In this document: positions 1 through 10,393 of the stretch, one piece after another | Layout: every line of letters begins with the position of its first letter | How positions within the stretch are numbered: position 1 is the stretch's first letter | Position numbers and translations under genes: made by a program | Assembly: GCA_021613535.1 (NCBI GenBank) | Contig: CP075492.1 | Span: 4,526,001 to 4,590,000 of the forward strand | Direction: 5' to 3' | DNA length: 64,000 nucleotides | DNA from: Adineta vaga | Taxonomy: Eukaryota; Animalia; Rotifera | Notes under the pieces: generated by a model | What the model saw: only the letters and a program-made list of their open reading frames with translations | What the model was told of the DNA's origin: nothing | The model's database searches: none

Positions 1-1779
1 TCGAAGAAACATGTGATGATTTTATATTTGATAATTATTGGATTGTTAACAATGTTTCAACACATGTTGATCATACTTATGGAAATCTTTCTGGTCATTA
101 TATAACGTCGACTGATCTTGGAGTATTTAAACCGTCGATTACTTTTCGTACAAAAGATTGGATTGATGCACCAGAAAATTATACTGCATGTGTAAAACAA
201 TGGATTTATTCGAATCAAACTAATATTGTTTTTACGATAGAACTTGCACAAGGAGATGATTTACAAGCACGAATATCAGGAGGTCGTTTAGGAATCAGTG
301 GAAATAATTCGCGATGGATTGGTTCAGAGTTAATACCAATCCATAGTGGTTATTTCATTCCTTTTATTTCTTATTTTAATGTTACACAATCAATAGATCT
401 TGATGATATATATGTGTCAGTATGTTCAAATTCAAGATTTACACCAACAATCAAAGTGTTCGAATGTGATTTCGATAAAACTTTATGTCCTGAGTTGACA
501 CACTTTCGAATTATTCTTATAGTTGGTCAATTATTCAAGCAAAACAAGCTCAAAATTATACAATGCAAGCACCATCAGTAGACTATTCTGTTGGAGATCA
601 AACAGGTCTTTTAACAAAAAGAAAATCTTTTATGAATAATTCATTTTTCCATTCATTTTCCAGGTCATTATCTCTGGTTAAATAATTCTGATTCGTTGAA
701 ATGGGGTGGTGCTGGTTATTTAAATACACGTCTATTTAACTTTACAAGAGATGATCTTATATTTTGTCTTAGTTTTCGATATTACAGATTTGGAACAGCA
801 TTTCATACCAGTAAACTAACAGTATTTGCATGGGATCAAACGAATGGTGAATCTCTCCTGCAAGTTTGGCCAATCAATCCAGTGAATTATACTTATTTCA
901 ATCAACGATGGTAAGTGTGCTAAGATTTATATTTGAATAGTCTGAGTATTATTCTTCTCCTTTCGAATTAGGTCATGGGCATATGCACCATTACCGATAG
1001 GAAATTATTCTCTTCTATTTCGTATGGATTCCGAAGCTAGAGTAAATAGTTCATTTGCAATGGATTCAATTGATATTAGTTCATGTGGATATCAACAAAA
1101 TTATTTTCGTGGAAATTCATATTTAAATTTTGCATGTGATTTTGATTCAGATAATAATCATTATTGTGGTATTCGAGATGATTATAAAAATCTTTCACCT
1201 CAATATGTCCTTAATATCTCCATTGTAACACCAAATCGAATTAGTAATGGAGGACTTGGTCCAAAATATTCTTCTGGAATAAGTGGTGATTGGTTTCTTT
1301 ATTGGGGACGTTCTCAAGATACATCATCGACATTAGTTTACGGTCAATTTAAAACACCGTTGATCGAAACAAATGCAGATATGTGTATTCGATTTGCTTA
1401 TTTCGTTAATTCAACAAGTGTACAACTAGATGAACGTAATACTCAAATACAAGTGTTAACTTTAGATTGTACAAATGAAATTCTTTGGTCAAATAAATTA
1501 GATAATAGTCTTGGATGGCGAATAGTTACAATGTCGTTTATTCCTAATGCTTGTAGAGAATCGATTTATTTTCGAATTATTCATCCAAGACCAACTCCAG
1601 TAGCGGTTGCATTTGATGATATTACAATTGCTCCATGCAGTTCATTAGATGAGGTGACAACAGCTGTTCCACCAATTACAACAACACCTATCAATAAAAG
1701 TGCATCGAACTTTATTAATTTTACTCTTATTTTTACAACCCTAATTTTTCTTTTCAAATTGCAATTATCAGATGAATGA
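1..1779 (+). CDS. MAM-domain repeat surface protein, 5' part outside window; hydrophobic C-terminal tail (possible GPI anchor); apparent frameshift at ~504-509
   Basis: Exons <1-605, 664-910, 972-1779 (GT-AG introns 606-663, 911-971). Repeated MAM-like motifs: CDFD...C, VDHT/VDYS-x-G-x-x-GHY, CxxFxY, A(F/M)DxI-x-I-x-x-C. Reading frame shifts at cac-ttt-cga (501-509). Confidence 0.75.
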
Positions 1780-2591
1780 GATATTTTGTCATGATAAAAT
1801 TTTGCTTTTTTTTTAATTATTTTCCCACAATAAATGAATTTCTATCAATATCATTGTTTCTAGTTAAGAACTGTTACCTACAGTTCGCTTCATTTCTTTC
1901 TACTTGCATGAAAACGTCTAATTTTTATACGGTCTGTACAAATACGAATGCTTCCTATAGTATTACAAAGTAACTGTACAGGGAAACACAGAAATATGAC
2001 TTTTTTCGAAAGTATCCCTCCGTGAAATAAGTAAAATGAGATATATTGAATTTTAATTACATGCGTGTGAAAATATGCCTACCATCTAAAGCTTTTTTCA
2101 GTAATAGTAAGGTATCATACAGAATAATAAATTTTTCTAGAATGATCATAAAATTATTCAGAGGATGGAACTATTCAAAGAACATAGAATAACCAAAACT
2201 ACTTAGATAAAAATTGAACAAACTCGTTTTAAGACATCCTCAAGATATTTGACTCAAATCAATTTACTACAACTAATCTTGATGAATTCGATAATACTAA
2301 AGATGAAAGTTCACATCATAATTCTTCGTAAATTTGAACCTGGAAAAAGATTTCTTTTTCTCGTAAAAAAAAGACACGAAAGATTTTTTCTCTTTTCTTT
2401 TCTTTTCTTCCAAATACAAGTATTCCGTACTTGAGCGAAATGACATTGACAAAATATGTGTGTCGTTCTGTTTCAATCTTCATCGTTGTCCTCCTCTTCA
2501 CATAATAATAATAATAATAAGGATGAAGAAAAAAAACTAACGAAGAAAAAAAATACTGAAACCATTCTTATGCAATGCATTACATTGAATT

Positions 2592-3512
2592 ATGTCGAAT
2601 ACATTCGATTCACAACTAAAATCAATTCTTCAACCATTATCATCAACATCCGATGGACATGAAGATCCTATTCTTGCAGCTGTACAAGCAAATGATCAAC
2701 ATACACTACGAATTCTTATTCGTGCTGGTTATTCTATTAGTACAATTGATCCATTAAATGGACGATCTCTTCTTCATACAGCAACTTATCTTGGTCATAC
2801 AGAAGTAGTACGACGTTTATTAAAAGAAGGTGTAAATACTTCATTATATGATCGTGATGGTAAAACATGTCTTCATGTTTCTGCTGCATATGGTTACAGT
2901 CAAATTTTAACATTACTTCTCAAATATGAAATGCATGTCGATCATTTCGATTATGATAATAATACTCCATTGCATATGTCTTGTAAATTTGGTCATAATG
3001 AATGTTGTCGATTATTAATCTATGCTGGAGCAAATTTAAATCCAATTAATCGAGATGGTGATACACCATTACATTCTGCTATTCGTTATAAACATGCAGG
3101 TTGTACAGCAATATTAATTCATGCTGAAGCTTCATTAAATATTCGAAATGTTCGACAGGAATTACCTATTGAATTAGCACGACGTTTAGGTCATCATAAA
3201 ATTTATGATATCATTCTTCGAAATCTTTCAACATCATCATTAACTCTATCGAATCCATCAGAACCTCTGTCGAATTCGAATGCATCGATTACATTGACTG
3301 AATTCGAAAAACAATGGCGTCAATTTCATTTATTAATTCAAACACGTATGCTAGCAAATCAACATCAATTAGAAGAACAAATTGATTCCTTGAAAGATGC
3401 TTTAGATAAAAATCAATTAAAACAAGCTGTTATTCATCGAAAACTTCAAGTTTTAACCAATTTATGTATGCAACAAAATAAACAAACACATCAATATGAC
3501 ACACTTTTTTAA
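2592..3512 (+). CDS. Ankyrin-repeat protein with C-terminal coiled coil (ANKRD6/diversin-like layout), single exon
   Basis: Ankyrin consensus repeats GRSLLHTA, GKTCLHVSA, NNTPLHMS, GDTPLHSA, ELPIELA, followed by a Q/L-rich heptad tail. Confidence 0.9.
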   Translation: MSNTFDSQLKSILQPLSSTSDGHEDPILAAVQANDQHTLRILIRAGYSISTIDPLNGRSLLHTATYLGHTEVVRRLLKEGVNTSLYDRDGKTCLHVSAAYGYSQILTLLLKYEMHVDHFDYDNNTPLHMSCKFGHNECCRLLIYAGANLNPINRDGDTPLHSAIRYKHAGCTAILIHAEASLNIRNVRQELPIELARRLGHHKIYDIILRNLSTSSLTLSNPSEPLSNSNASITLTEFEKQWRQFHLLIQTRMLANQHQLEEQIDSLKDALDKNQLKQAVIHRKLQVLTNLCMQQNKQTHQYDTLF

Positions 3513-3805
3513 ATGATAATCAATTAATTCAGATGTATTTTTTTTTCTTATAATAAATTAGTCAGGTGATACGAATGCACAGAATGTATTTAAATCATTA
3601 AGTAAAGTTCTCTCTAAGTGAATACTATGTCCTCGATCTTGTGGTCTATCTGTATTTTGTTTTTACATAAGCAAACAGATATCATAGCATGCTGTATAAT
3701 CTCATGTTGTTTTACGAATGACAAAGAAATCAATAAGCTATAAATAAAGTTTATCAATGCATAATTCAACTGTGAGGATTTCGAGTATATATATATTTGT
3801 AGTTA

Positions 3806-4993
3806 ATGATAAAAGACAGTAATTTAAAAATGTTAAACAAAATCGTATTATTTCTTTTATTCTTTTATATCGATGAAACGATGTTACATATTCAAAATAA
3901 ATCAAAACCTCGTGCTCGTGATCTTGGCATACCATTCAATGGTATACCTGGAAAATCCAATTCTATTGTTGATGTTCTAGGTGTTGAAGTTGGTTTTAGT
4001 ACTATTATAGAAGGTGATTCAATTCGAACAGGTGTAACAGCAATATTTCCACGTGCACCGGAGAAAGTTCTTAATGATATGCGTTGTTTTGCTAATTGGT
4101 TTAGTTTAAATGGAAATGGTGAAATGACTGGTATTCATTGGTTAACTGAATCGGGATTTTTAACAACACCGATCTTAATAACAAATACGAATAGTATTGG
4201 AATTTGTCACCAATCGTTATTCAAATGGTTTTTAAAGAAAAATGTCATTACTCCATTAGGTAATCTCGTTGATGTTAGTCTACCTGTTATTGCTGAAACA
4301 TGGGATGGATATTTAAATGATGTGAATGGTTTTCATGTTAAAGAAGAACATGTTTTCGAAGCATTAGATAATGCAAAAGGTTTTGGAACGATTGTTCAAG
4401 AAGGAAATGTTGGTGGTGGTACTGGAATGGCTTCTTTTGGTTTCAAAGCAGGAACAGGAACAAGTTCAAGAGTTATTGAAGGATTGAATTACACAGTAGG
4501 AGTATTAGTCCAATCAAATTTTGGACGAAAGAAACAATTAATTATTGCAGGTGTTCCTGTTGGAGAAGAAATATTAGAAATGGAAAGGAATAATTCAAAG
4601 ATTCCAGATAAAGATGTCGGTTCAATTATTGTTATCATTGCGACTGATGCTCCATTGTTACCACATCAATTAAAACGTTTAGCCATTCGTGCTTCACTTG
4701 GAATAGGAAGAGTTGGTGGTATTGGTGGAGATTCATCAGGTGATATATTTTTAGCATTTTCAACTGTCGAATTTTCAAATAAAACATCAACAATAAGACA
4801 AACTGAATTCATGGTCAATGAAGAAATGAATCCATTATTTGAAGCTACCATTCAATGTGTTGAAGAAGCGATTGTTAATTCTATGATTGCAGCAGAAACG
4901 ATGATTGGACATAAGGGACTTAAAATCGATGCAATATCGCATGAAGATTTACTCAAAATCTTGAAAAACTACAATCGACTTAATGATAAATAG
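3806..4993 (+). CDS. dmpA: DmpA/BapA-family (peptidase S58/P1) L-aminopeptidase/D-esterase; bacterial-type, intronless; true start may be 3830 or 3881
   Basis: KPRARDLGIPF, NGNGEMTG, PVIAETWDGYLND, EGNVGGGTGM, the autocleavage/nucleophile site G|SIIVIIATDAPL, HQLKRLA and SGDIFLAFST, all characteristic of DmpA. Confidence 0.93.
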   Translation: MIKDSNLKMLNKIVLFLLFFYIDETMLHIQNKSKPRARDLGIPFNGIPGKSNSIVDVLGVEVGFSTIIEGDSIRTGVTAIFPRAPEKVLNDMRCFANWFSLNGNGEMTGIHWLTESGFLTTPILITNTNSIGICHQSLFKWFLKKNVITPLGNLVDVSLPVIAETWDGYLNDVNGFHVKEEHVFEALDNAKGFGTIVQEGNVGGGTGMASFGFKAGTGTSSRVIEGLNYTVGVLVQSNFGRKKQLIIAGVPVGEEILEMERNNSKIPDKDVGSIIVIIATDAPLLPHQLKRLAIRASLGIGRVGGIGGDSSGDIFLAFSTVEFSNKTSTIRQTEFMVNEEMNPLFEATIQCVEEAIVNSMIAAETMIGHKGLKIDAISHEDLLKILKNYNRLNDK

Positions 4994-5103
4994 AATGTAT
5001 TTATCACGCACTATTCTATTGACAGAGATTCATTTGAACTAAATTTTATTTCGATTATGTTACTCTCTAAGAATAGAGAAATAAATGAAGGCGTATTATA
5101 TTT

Positions 5104-5700
5104 TCGCTCAACTTTGTTCTATCGATAGTTGGAGCGAGCGATCCTGTGTATATAAAATAAATACTTTCATATAACGTTCGAAATATATAGATGGCGCTAT
5201 AGAGATACAAGATGAAATTTGGTACAGATTTAGGTATCTAAACCATAGTAACTTTTCAACCGTGCTTTCGGTTATGGAATTTTCGATTTTCTCTGGATAT
5301 CCTGGAAAGGATTGTGAGATCAAGTTTTGAAAATATATTCTATATATATGATCTCATAAAGTAGATTCTCATTTTGAAGCCTTTCGTTTTGAAAAAGATT
5401 GATTCTATGCATATACGTTTCTTTTTTTTTTGTTTCCTCTTCTATTTTTTGTCACGATGTCTACTCGCGTAATTTGTCATCGAATGGATGTGTTTATGCT
5501 AGTATAAGCATGCCGTTTTTTTCCTTTCTGTCTTTTTTCGCCGTTCTCTTGTCGAGCAACTGACTATTTTCTTCGTAGTCTTGGGCTATTTTTTCAAGGA
5601 GAAAAACAATACTTGTCTACTTTGATATGTCTTACAGTAAAAAAAGCACTCGATTGACGAAGATAGATTAGATATTTAGAGCCAACGACGTGACTTAATT
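5104..5700. repeat. Probable degenerate interspersed repeat with a terminal hairpin
   Basis: Hairpin cgctcaact...agttggagcg at ~5105-5140, followed by T-rich non-coding sequence. Right boundary is a guess. Confidence 0.3.
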
Positions 5701-5908
5701 TTTTTAGAAAAATATGTATTTCAAACAGTTAGTTGACGTTATCGTTCGTCAGAAGCTCTTTTACGAGCTTGTTCTAGTAGATTAAATAGAAATATAGAAT
5801 ACAACGTAGAGTAATGAATTATCCGTAAAAGACGAAACTTCTACTACTACTCTATACACTCGTTTTGTTATTTAAATAGATTTATTTATTTTTGCTCGAC
5901 TCTACTTC

Positions 5909-6877
5909 ATGGATAAACAACGTTTACGTGGGATTCTCTTGAATCTACAAGATCGTCTTAGTAATGACGATCGACAACGTTTTAATTTCTATCTTGCTGA
6001 TGAAGTTCCTCGAACTTTTACTATGGATTCAACATTTGGCGGTGCTCTTAATGTCATGCAATCATTATTCGAGCAGGATAAAATTCGAGAAAATGATGTT
6101 ACATTATTGATTACAGCATTCAAACAAATCAAATGTTTCGATGCTGCTAAACATTTAGAACGTAAAATTATCAATGAAATCTATGTGTTTTCAATGTTTT
6201 CTTTTTGTTCTAGAGGAAATGAAAAGAATGCGATCAAATGATGTTAAGCAGCCTGAAACAAATCTGTCGGCAGTGTTGCCATCACGTATAGATCAGTTAA
6301 TAATGGATCAAGAGGATGACGTTACTGTAAAACTTCGTATGTAATCATTAGTGTTGAATAGTTGATATAGATTTTGAAGATAAAATGAAATTTAGATTCT
6401 CGCCATGAAAAAAACAACGGTGGTCATAAGGATGAAAGTGATAATGGTGACAAAAGTACACCATTGATGAGTTCTAGCAATGAGAAGATAAAATTTTCTT
6501 TGGAAGAAATAGATCAACGACATTATGATTGTTCATCCAAAACAAAAAAATATTCATGGATATTATATATAACTTTAATGGTTTTATTGATAGTTGTTGC
6601 TTTTCAAGTTGGTTTGATTATTCATCTTCAGATGAAATATCGAGATATAGTTCGGAACTAATCAGGATCAACGGAACTCGTCAACATACGACAAATATCC
6701 ATTGACAGGTAATGCAATCATTTTACATTAAAAATTTTGACAGAAATAATGCTCTTATTTTAGAGTTACCTTACGGAACATTTGGATGTCACAATTTTTG
6801 TGTTTCTGGCAATGGCGGTCCATATAGTTCTGGAAAGTGTGTATGCACGTAGATGGAGAAGCGAGATGATTCTATTG
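5909..6877 (+). pseudogene. DED-transmembrane-defensin-like gene, copy 1 (disrupted ectodomain)
   Basis: Exons 5909-6161, 6214-~6336, 6396-6708, 6764-6877, with the same phase-1 intron pattern as copy 2. DED (LRGILLNLQDRLSNDD...LFEQDKI...NDVTLLITAF), TM (ILYITLMVLLIVVAFQVGLII). TAA at 6659-6661 with a frameshift, TAG at 6850-6852, and GC in place of the GT donor at 6878. Confidence 0.75.
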
Positions 6878-7224
6878 GCAAGATAAACTGAATTAATGTG
6901 AATATTATTGTTTAAATTTAATCTTATTTTAGTCAAAAATTGATCATGAAACGAGGAATATCAAACATATGTTACAATTGGTTTGATAAATATTACATCA
7001 AATTTATTTGTGACTTATGCTGTATATATTTTTTTGTATTATAGACATCAGTGGTGGTTTCAAAGAGAAAGTTGCATGATTACTATATGTTTTGTTATAA
7101 TTATAGAAAAAAAGTCTTGAAAAGTCTAAAGAAAAGAAGCATTTTCTAGTATACACTGCACTTAAATTTGAAGAGAGCAACCGTATAATCTTGCATTAGA
7201 AGATGTTTAGATATAGAAAAAAGT

Positions 7225-7776
7225 TCAATCGAAGGGATCGTAGTTTGGATCGGCCATCGGATCAGTCACTGGTATGTTTTGCCGTTTCAATGCAATACTG
7301 GGTGCTGTACTAGTAACGATGAATAATGTATCGTTTTTGTCGTTCAAATATTGAACATCAGATTACAAGTTTCGAATAAACATCGGTATCTCATTCAATG
7401 GTAATTCAGATAATCGTTTGCTTTTATCACGTAGTATTTCTTTTTCTGTTGCTATCATCTGAGCCAATAATGTGAATGATCTATCGCGTTCTGCATCTGC
7501 ATTTTGTACAATCTTGTCACGTTCTGCTACTATTTTCTGTCGAGTGTTGGCAGCGATTCGATCAAGAACATCAAGTTTTTCATTCAACAAATGCATAGCA
7601 CCATCGCTCTCTGCTGCAACTAAATCGACATGTTTTTGAGCACATTCCAAACAGATGAACTGTGAACAGTGAAGACATTGAACTTGTACCGGCTTCTTCA
7701 TACACTCAATACAATTTCGATTCGATGAGTCTTGCCGTTGTTGTTGTCTTGAATCGCTCTGTTGATATCTTGGCAT
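7225..7776 (-). pseudogene. B-box-type zinc finger + coiled-coil protein with a probable premature TAA
   Basis: CIEC-x8-CLHC-x4-CLEC-x3-H then a heptad helix. TAA at 7365-7363, after which the frame stays open for 45 codons (SDVQYLNDKNDTLFIV...NYDPFD) to TGA at 7227-7225. Confidence 0.65.
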
Positions 7777-9014
7777 AGATTTTCTAGGACTAATTTATTA
7801 CATACAATGAGTTAGAACGAATATAAAATATCAAAATCAATATTAGGTATATCTAAGTTAGAATTTCATGTATAAACTATTTTTATCTTCCGTCTTTTAG
7901 TATATACTCTTTAAGGAAAATTTTTTACTTAATCAACAAGATATTCAAAGCATTACCTCTGGTACATTTTGATATATTAATTCGATTAATAAAAGTTTCC
8001 AATGGACTAATCAGTAAACGTAAGCCCACCTATTGAATTAAAAAGAATACCAATATGTTATATTACAAAAATATGATGGTTGTAAACTGCGATATCAATG
8101 TCGTGTAACTCTAAGTGAAGAAATATCAATATAGGACTGCTTGATTATTGATTTTTCCTAAAAACTAATGGTGAAACTTTAAAGTAACAAAAATTCATCA
8201 TTTCGTGAATTTTGAAGAGGCAAGAAAATTTGATTCTCTTGGTTTTTATCCGTTAACAACTGGAAATAATCCTATATAGATGGCGTAATACGAAATTTGT
8301 TTAAACAGTAGATCATTATTTTCAACAGAGATTTTCTCTTAGTACGTGTTGAAAACTCAGCTTGGTTTTTCTTTAGATTCCATGTATATGTCTATTAGTC
8401 AAGATCTATTACAATTATTTATTCTTTCATTCATCAATATACACTATTTCATTTCTTAACTTTTTGAAAGTCAAATTGTTGTTATTGAAAGATTTCAGTT
8501 GAATTTATGATTACATAAGAAGACAAAAGAAAATGATCGAGAGAAAATACGATGTATGATGTTTGAGTATTCTGGTTTGGAATATTTTGTATTATTTCGT
8601 ATAAATTAAATTATAAATACAATTATACAACAGGTGTAGTATTTTTATACGATGGACAATTTTTTTTTTCATTCGGTCTGTTGCACCATTTTCTTTGTTG
8701 TCTAAAGAGCTAACTACTATTTTTCAAGATATCGGGTTATTCGCATGTAGAAAAAAGACCCATATATATATACATTACAAAAAACACAAATCAGTATCAA
8801 CATTAATATTTGATTGTAATAGTGAGAGTAAATATTTTGAAAGATTAGCTTTTGAAATCAATCGTTATCATTTATTTCAGTACATAGAATAAGGTGGAAA
8901 CTGTCAGTTTCATCTAGTAGAAGTGTCGAGGACGATATAGATTAACAACTTACGCATAAAAGTGGAATATTCTAGTTTTTCTATAAATTTTTCTTAACAA
9001 ATCAGATCTATTTC

Positions 9015-10187
9015 ATGGACTATCATCGTTTACGTGGTACTCTTTTAAATCTGCAAGATCGTCTTAGTGATGATGATCGCAAACGACTACATTTCTTTCT
9101 TGGTAATGATGTTCCTCGACGTATTCGAGATGATCAATCATTGGGTGGTACTCTTAGTCTCATGGAATCTTTATTTGATCAAGACAAGATCAAACAAAAT
9201 GATGTAACATTATTGATCAAAGCATTCGATCAAATTGGATGTCTCGATGCTGCTAGACATTTAGAAGGTAAGATTATCGACGTAATCTATGTGTTTTGAT
9301 TCTTTTTGTTTTTTAAATATTTAGAACAGATGAATGTTGTCAATAAACCAGTACAAAGTCTATCGATTCTAATGCCATCAATGATCGATCAATTGTTAAA
9401 CGACGAAGATAATGATGGAATTTCTGTAAAAGCTCGTATGTAATTATTAGTTGTCGTTGAAAAGGTCTATCTTGACTATACAGAATGAAGTTTATAGGTC
9501 TTGTTGATGAAAGAAATATCGATCGCGGGAAAACTTGTGATACATCATTGATGTTTGTTGATAATACAAAAAGAAAGTTTTCAGTGGACGAACAAGATTT
9601 TCCACAGACGTGTTATTTAAATTCGAAAGCAAAACAATGTTCAAGATTCTATAGTGTAATATCAATAGTTTTATTCATCCTTGCGATTGTTGAATATTTT
9701 TGGATGATTCATTTCAAGATGAAATATGATCACATTGTCAATAAGCATACAGAAAATATTAACATTCTGGAAGATTTAGAAAATTGCCGATTAAAAATGA
9801 AGGAAATATCGAACAAAAGTATAGCACATTCAGAGGAAGAGAAAGGTAAGTTCTCATCTTGAGATCTAGTTGTTCTACCAACTATTGATAGAAATAACCA
9901 TCTTACTTTAGTCTTTAGTCAAGGATTAACATGTGGTTGCAAACAGTGGTGTAATGAACGAGGTGAAATGTACGGAGTATGTGGCAATGGTCATGTATGT
10001 ATCTGTCGAAATATACCAATAACAGATGATTATATTGGTGAGACACAAGAAATCTGTTCGAATGTTTTCATCATCAATGTTTCATATCATTTAAGGAGAT
10101 GGCTGTACATGTAATCAGTGGTGTCGAACACATGCTCGTAAAAGTGGGGGAATTTGTGGTGATGGAGACACATGTATCTGTTCATAA
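9015..10187 (+). CDS. Type II membrane protein: N-terminal death effector domain, TM helix, stalk and two tandem six-Cys defensin-like modules (309 aa)
   Basis: Exons 9015-9267, 9325-9435, 9498-9845, 9912-10037, 10096-10187; all four introns are GT-AG and phase 1; 930 nt open frame. TM VISIVLFILAIVEYFWMI. Modules TCGCKQWCNERGEMYGVCGNGHVCIC and GCTCNQWCRTHARKSGGICGDGDTCICS*. Confidence 0.85.
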
Positions 10188-10393
10188 TATACATATAATC
10201 AGCATTATTTATAGAAGTGTATACGATAAAAAAAGATTATTATTGTATTAAGTTCCTATGAATGTATAATTTTGATTTCGTGAAGAAAGTATGCTGAAAA
10301 ATATATAGTTATTACTTCAAAGGAATAATGTAGATTCGAGTAGAATAGATAAATGAAAAAAAAGGCTAATTCTATCGATTAAATAAAAAGTAT

